Shown: positions 63,162 through 64,000 of the stretch, piece after piece
Layout: the number at the start of each line of letters is the position of its first letter
Numbering within the stretch: the stretch's first letter is position 1
Source of the DNA: Squalus acanthias
Taxonomy: Eukaryota
Length of the DNA stretch: 64,000 nucleotides
Reading direction: 5' to 3'
NCBI GenBank assembly: GCA_030390025.1
Contig: CM059437.1
Location: 18,912,001-18,976,000, forward strand
Program-made: the position numbers and the translations under genes
Notes under the pieces: generated by a model
Told to the model about the DNA's origin: nothing
Seen by the model: only the letters and a program-made list of their open reading frames with translations
Databases searched by the model: none

Positions 63162-63904
63162 GGGGGAAAAATTAGGTCGCGCCCCGTTTGGGGCGCAAAT
63201 ATTGTCTGGACGCAAATATTAGCGCCTGGCGCTAATTATCGCCACTGACTGGAAACTTCACTTTTACCGCCCCGGGAGGTGAGTGGAGCGCTAAATCAGG
63301 CGCTGCACACCTGTCTTAAGGCGCAAAGGCCGAGCAGTGAGGCGCTAACTCAGCGCGCGAGCGCAGCGCAGGTGCTGCCAGTTAGCGAGGGAACACAGAC
63401 ACACTGGCGCCGGCCAGTTCTTAAAGCGGGGGGGGGCCAACTGTTAGCATCAGTAGGCAAAACTACCTCACAAAGCGTTGACTCAATGCAGAAGTCTCTC
63501 TTTCTCTCTCTCCGAATCTCTCTCTCTCTCTCAGAACGAGTGGTGCAAAAATGTCAACCACAGAAAAAGACAGGAAGAGTCCCCCTTTAAATAGCGCCCC
63601 CCCCCCAGCCCCACAGCGATTGATAGCGTTCCAGTCTTCCGGTCGTTGGATGCGCCAGGCGGTAAGGCAGGGGACGCCACTCAATTTCCGCTCCGGGGCG
63701 CCACAAGGGCGTTGCACCATGGAATGACGTCACAATCTGCGCGCGCAGGTGGTCGCAGCGGTAAAGTTTAGCGCCGCCGCACAATGTCTCGTTAAGTTCC
63801 GGAGCGGCGCAAACATCGCTGCGCCCGGGCGTTAGCGGCTTTGCGCCCCATTAGCGCCCTCTTAAGGCCCTAACGGGAGGCGCAACCAACTGAATTTTTA
63901 CCCC
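63162..63904 (+). mobile_element. 743-bp non-autonomous deletion derivative (MITE) of the 41405-45608 Harbinger
   Basis: Left arm matches 41405-41680 and right arm matches 45159-45608; TIRs GGGGGAAAAATT / AATTTTTACCCC; TSD ATT (63159-63161, 63905-63907). Confidence 0.95.
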
Positions 63905-64000
63905 ATTGAGCTTTCTGCAGCTTGCAAGTGTTTGGAGCCAACTCTCTATCCAGTGGCACCTCATTGGAACAACCTCTCTCACCATTGACAGATCGCTTCT

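Larger units (their letters stand above)
60745..64000 (-). mobile_element. Inverted copy of the 497-2269 Harbinger-like family, interrupted by Penelope, CR1 and MITE insertions
   Basis: 60800-61100, 63110-63161 and 63905-64000 are consecutive reverse-complement matches to about 2200-1773. Confidence 0.7.

Overview
This is a repeat-dense vertebrate window, very likely from a cartilaginous fish (shark): it carries HE1-type V-SINEs, SacSINE1-like DeuSINEs, and abundant CR1, L2 and Penelope fragments. No host protein-coding gene could be recognised. The main feature is a full-length 4.2-kb PIF/Harbinger transposon (41405-45608) with 12-bp TIRs, a TTT TSD, an intact 386-aa DDE transposase and a convergent 3-exon Myb/SANT partner gene carrying two point lesions. 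It is accompanied by its 743-bp internal-deletion MITE (63162-63904) and several other Harbinger-type MITEs and relics with 3-bp WWT TSDs. Two convergent tRNA-Gln(TTG) genes, with decayed tRNA-Gln fragments beside one of them, lie next to a CpG-island-like promoter. Penelope repeats contain minimal hammerhead-ribozyme motifs. Other elements include a 27-bp x24 minisatellite, a Tc1/mariner-type MITE, a hAT MITE and a strong CTCF-like motif. Coordinates were read by eye, and the edges of old repeats are approximate.
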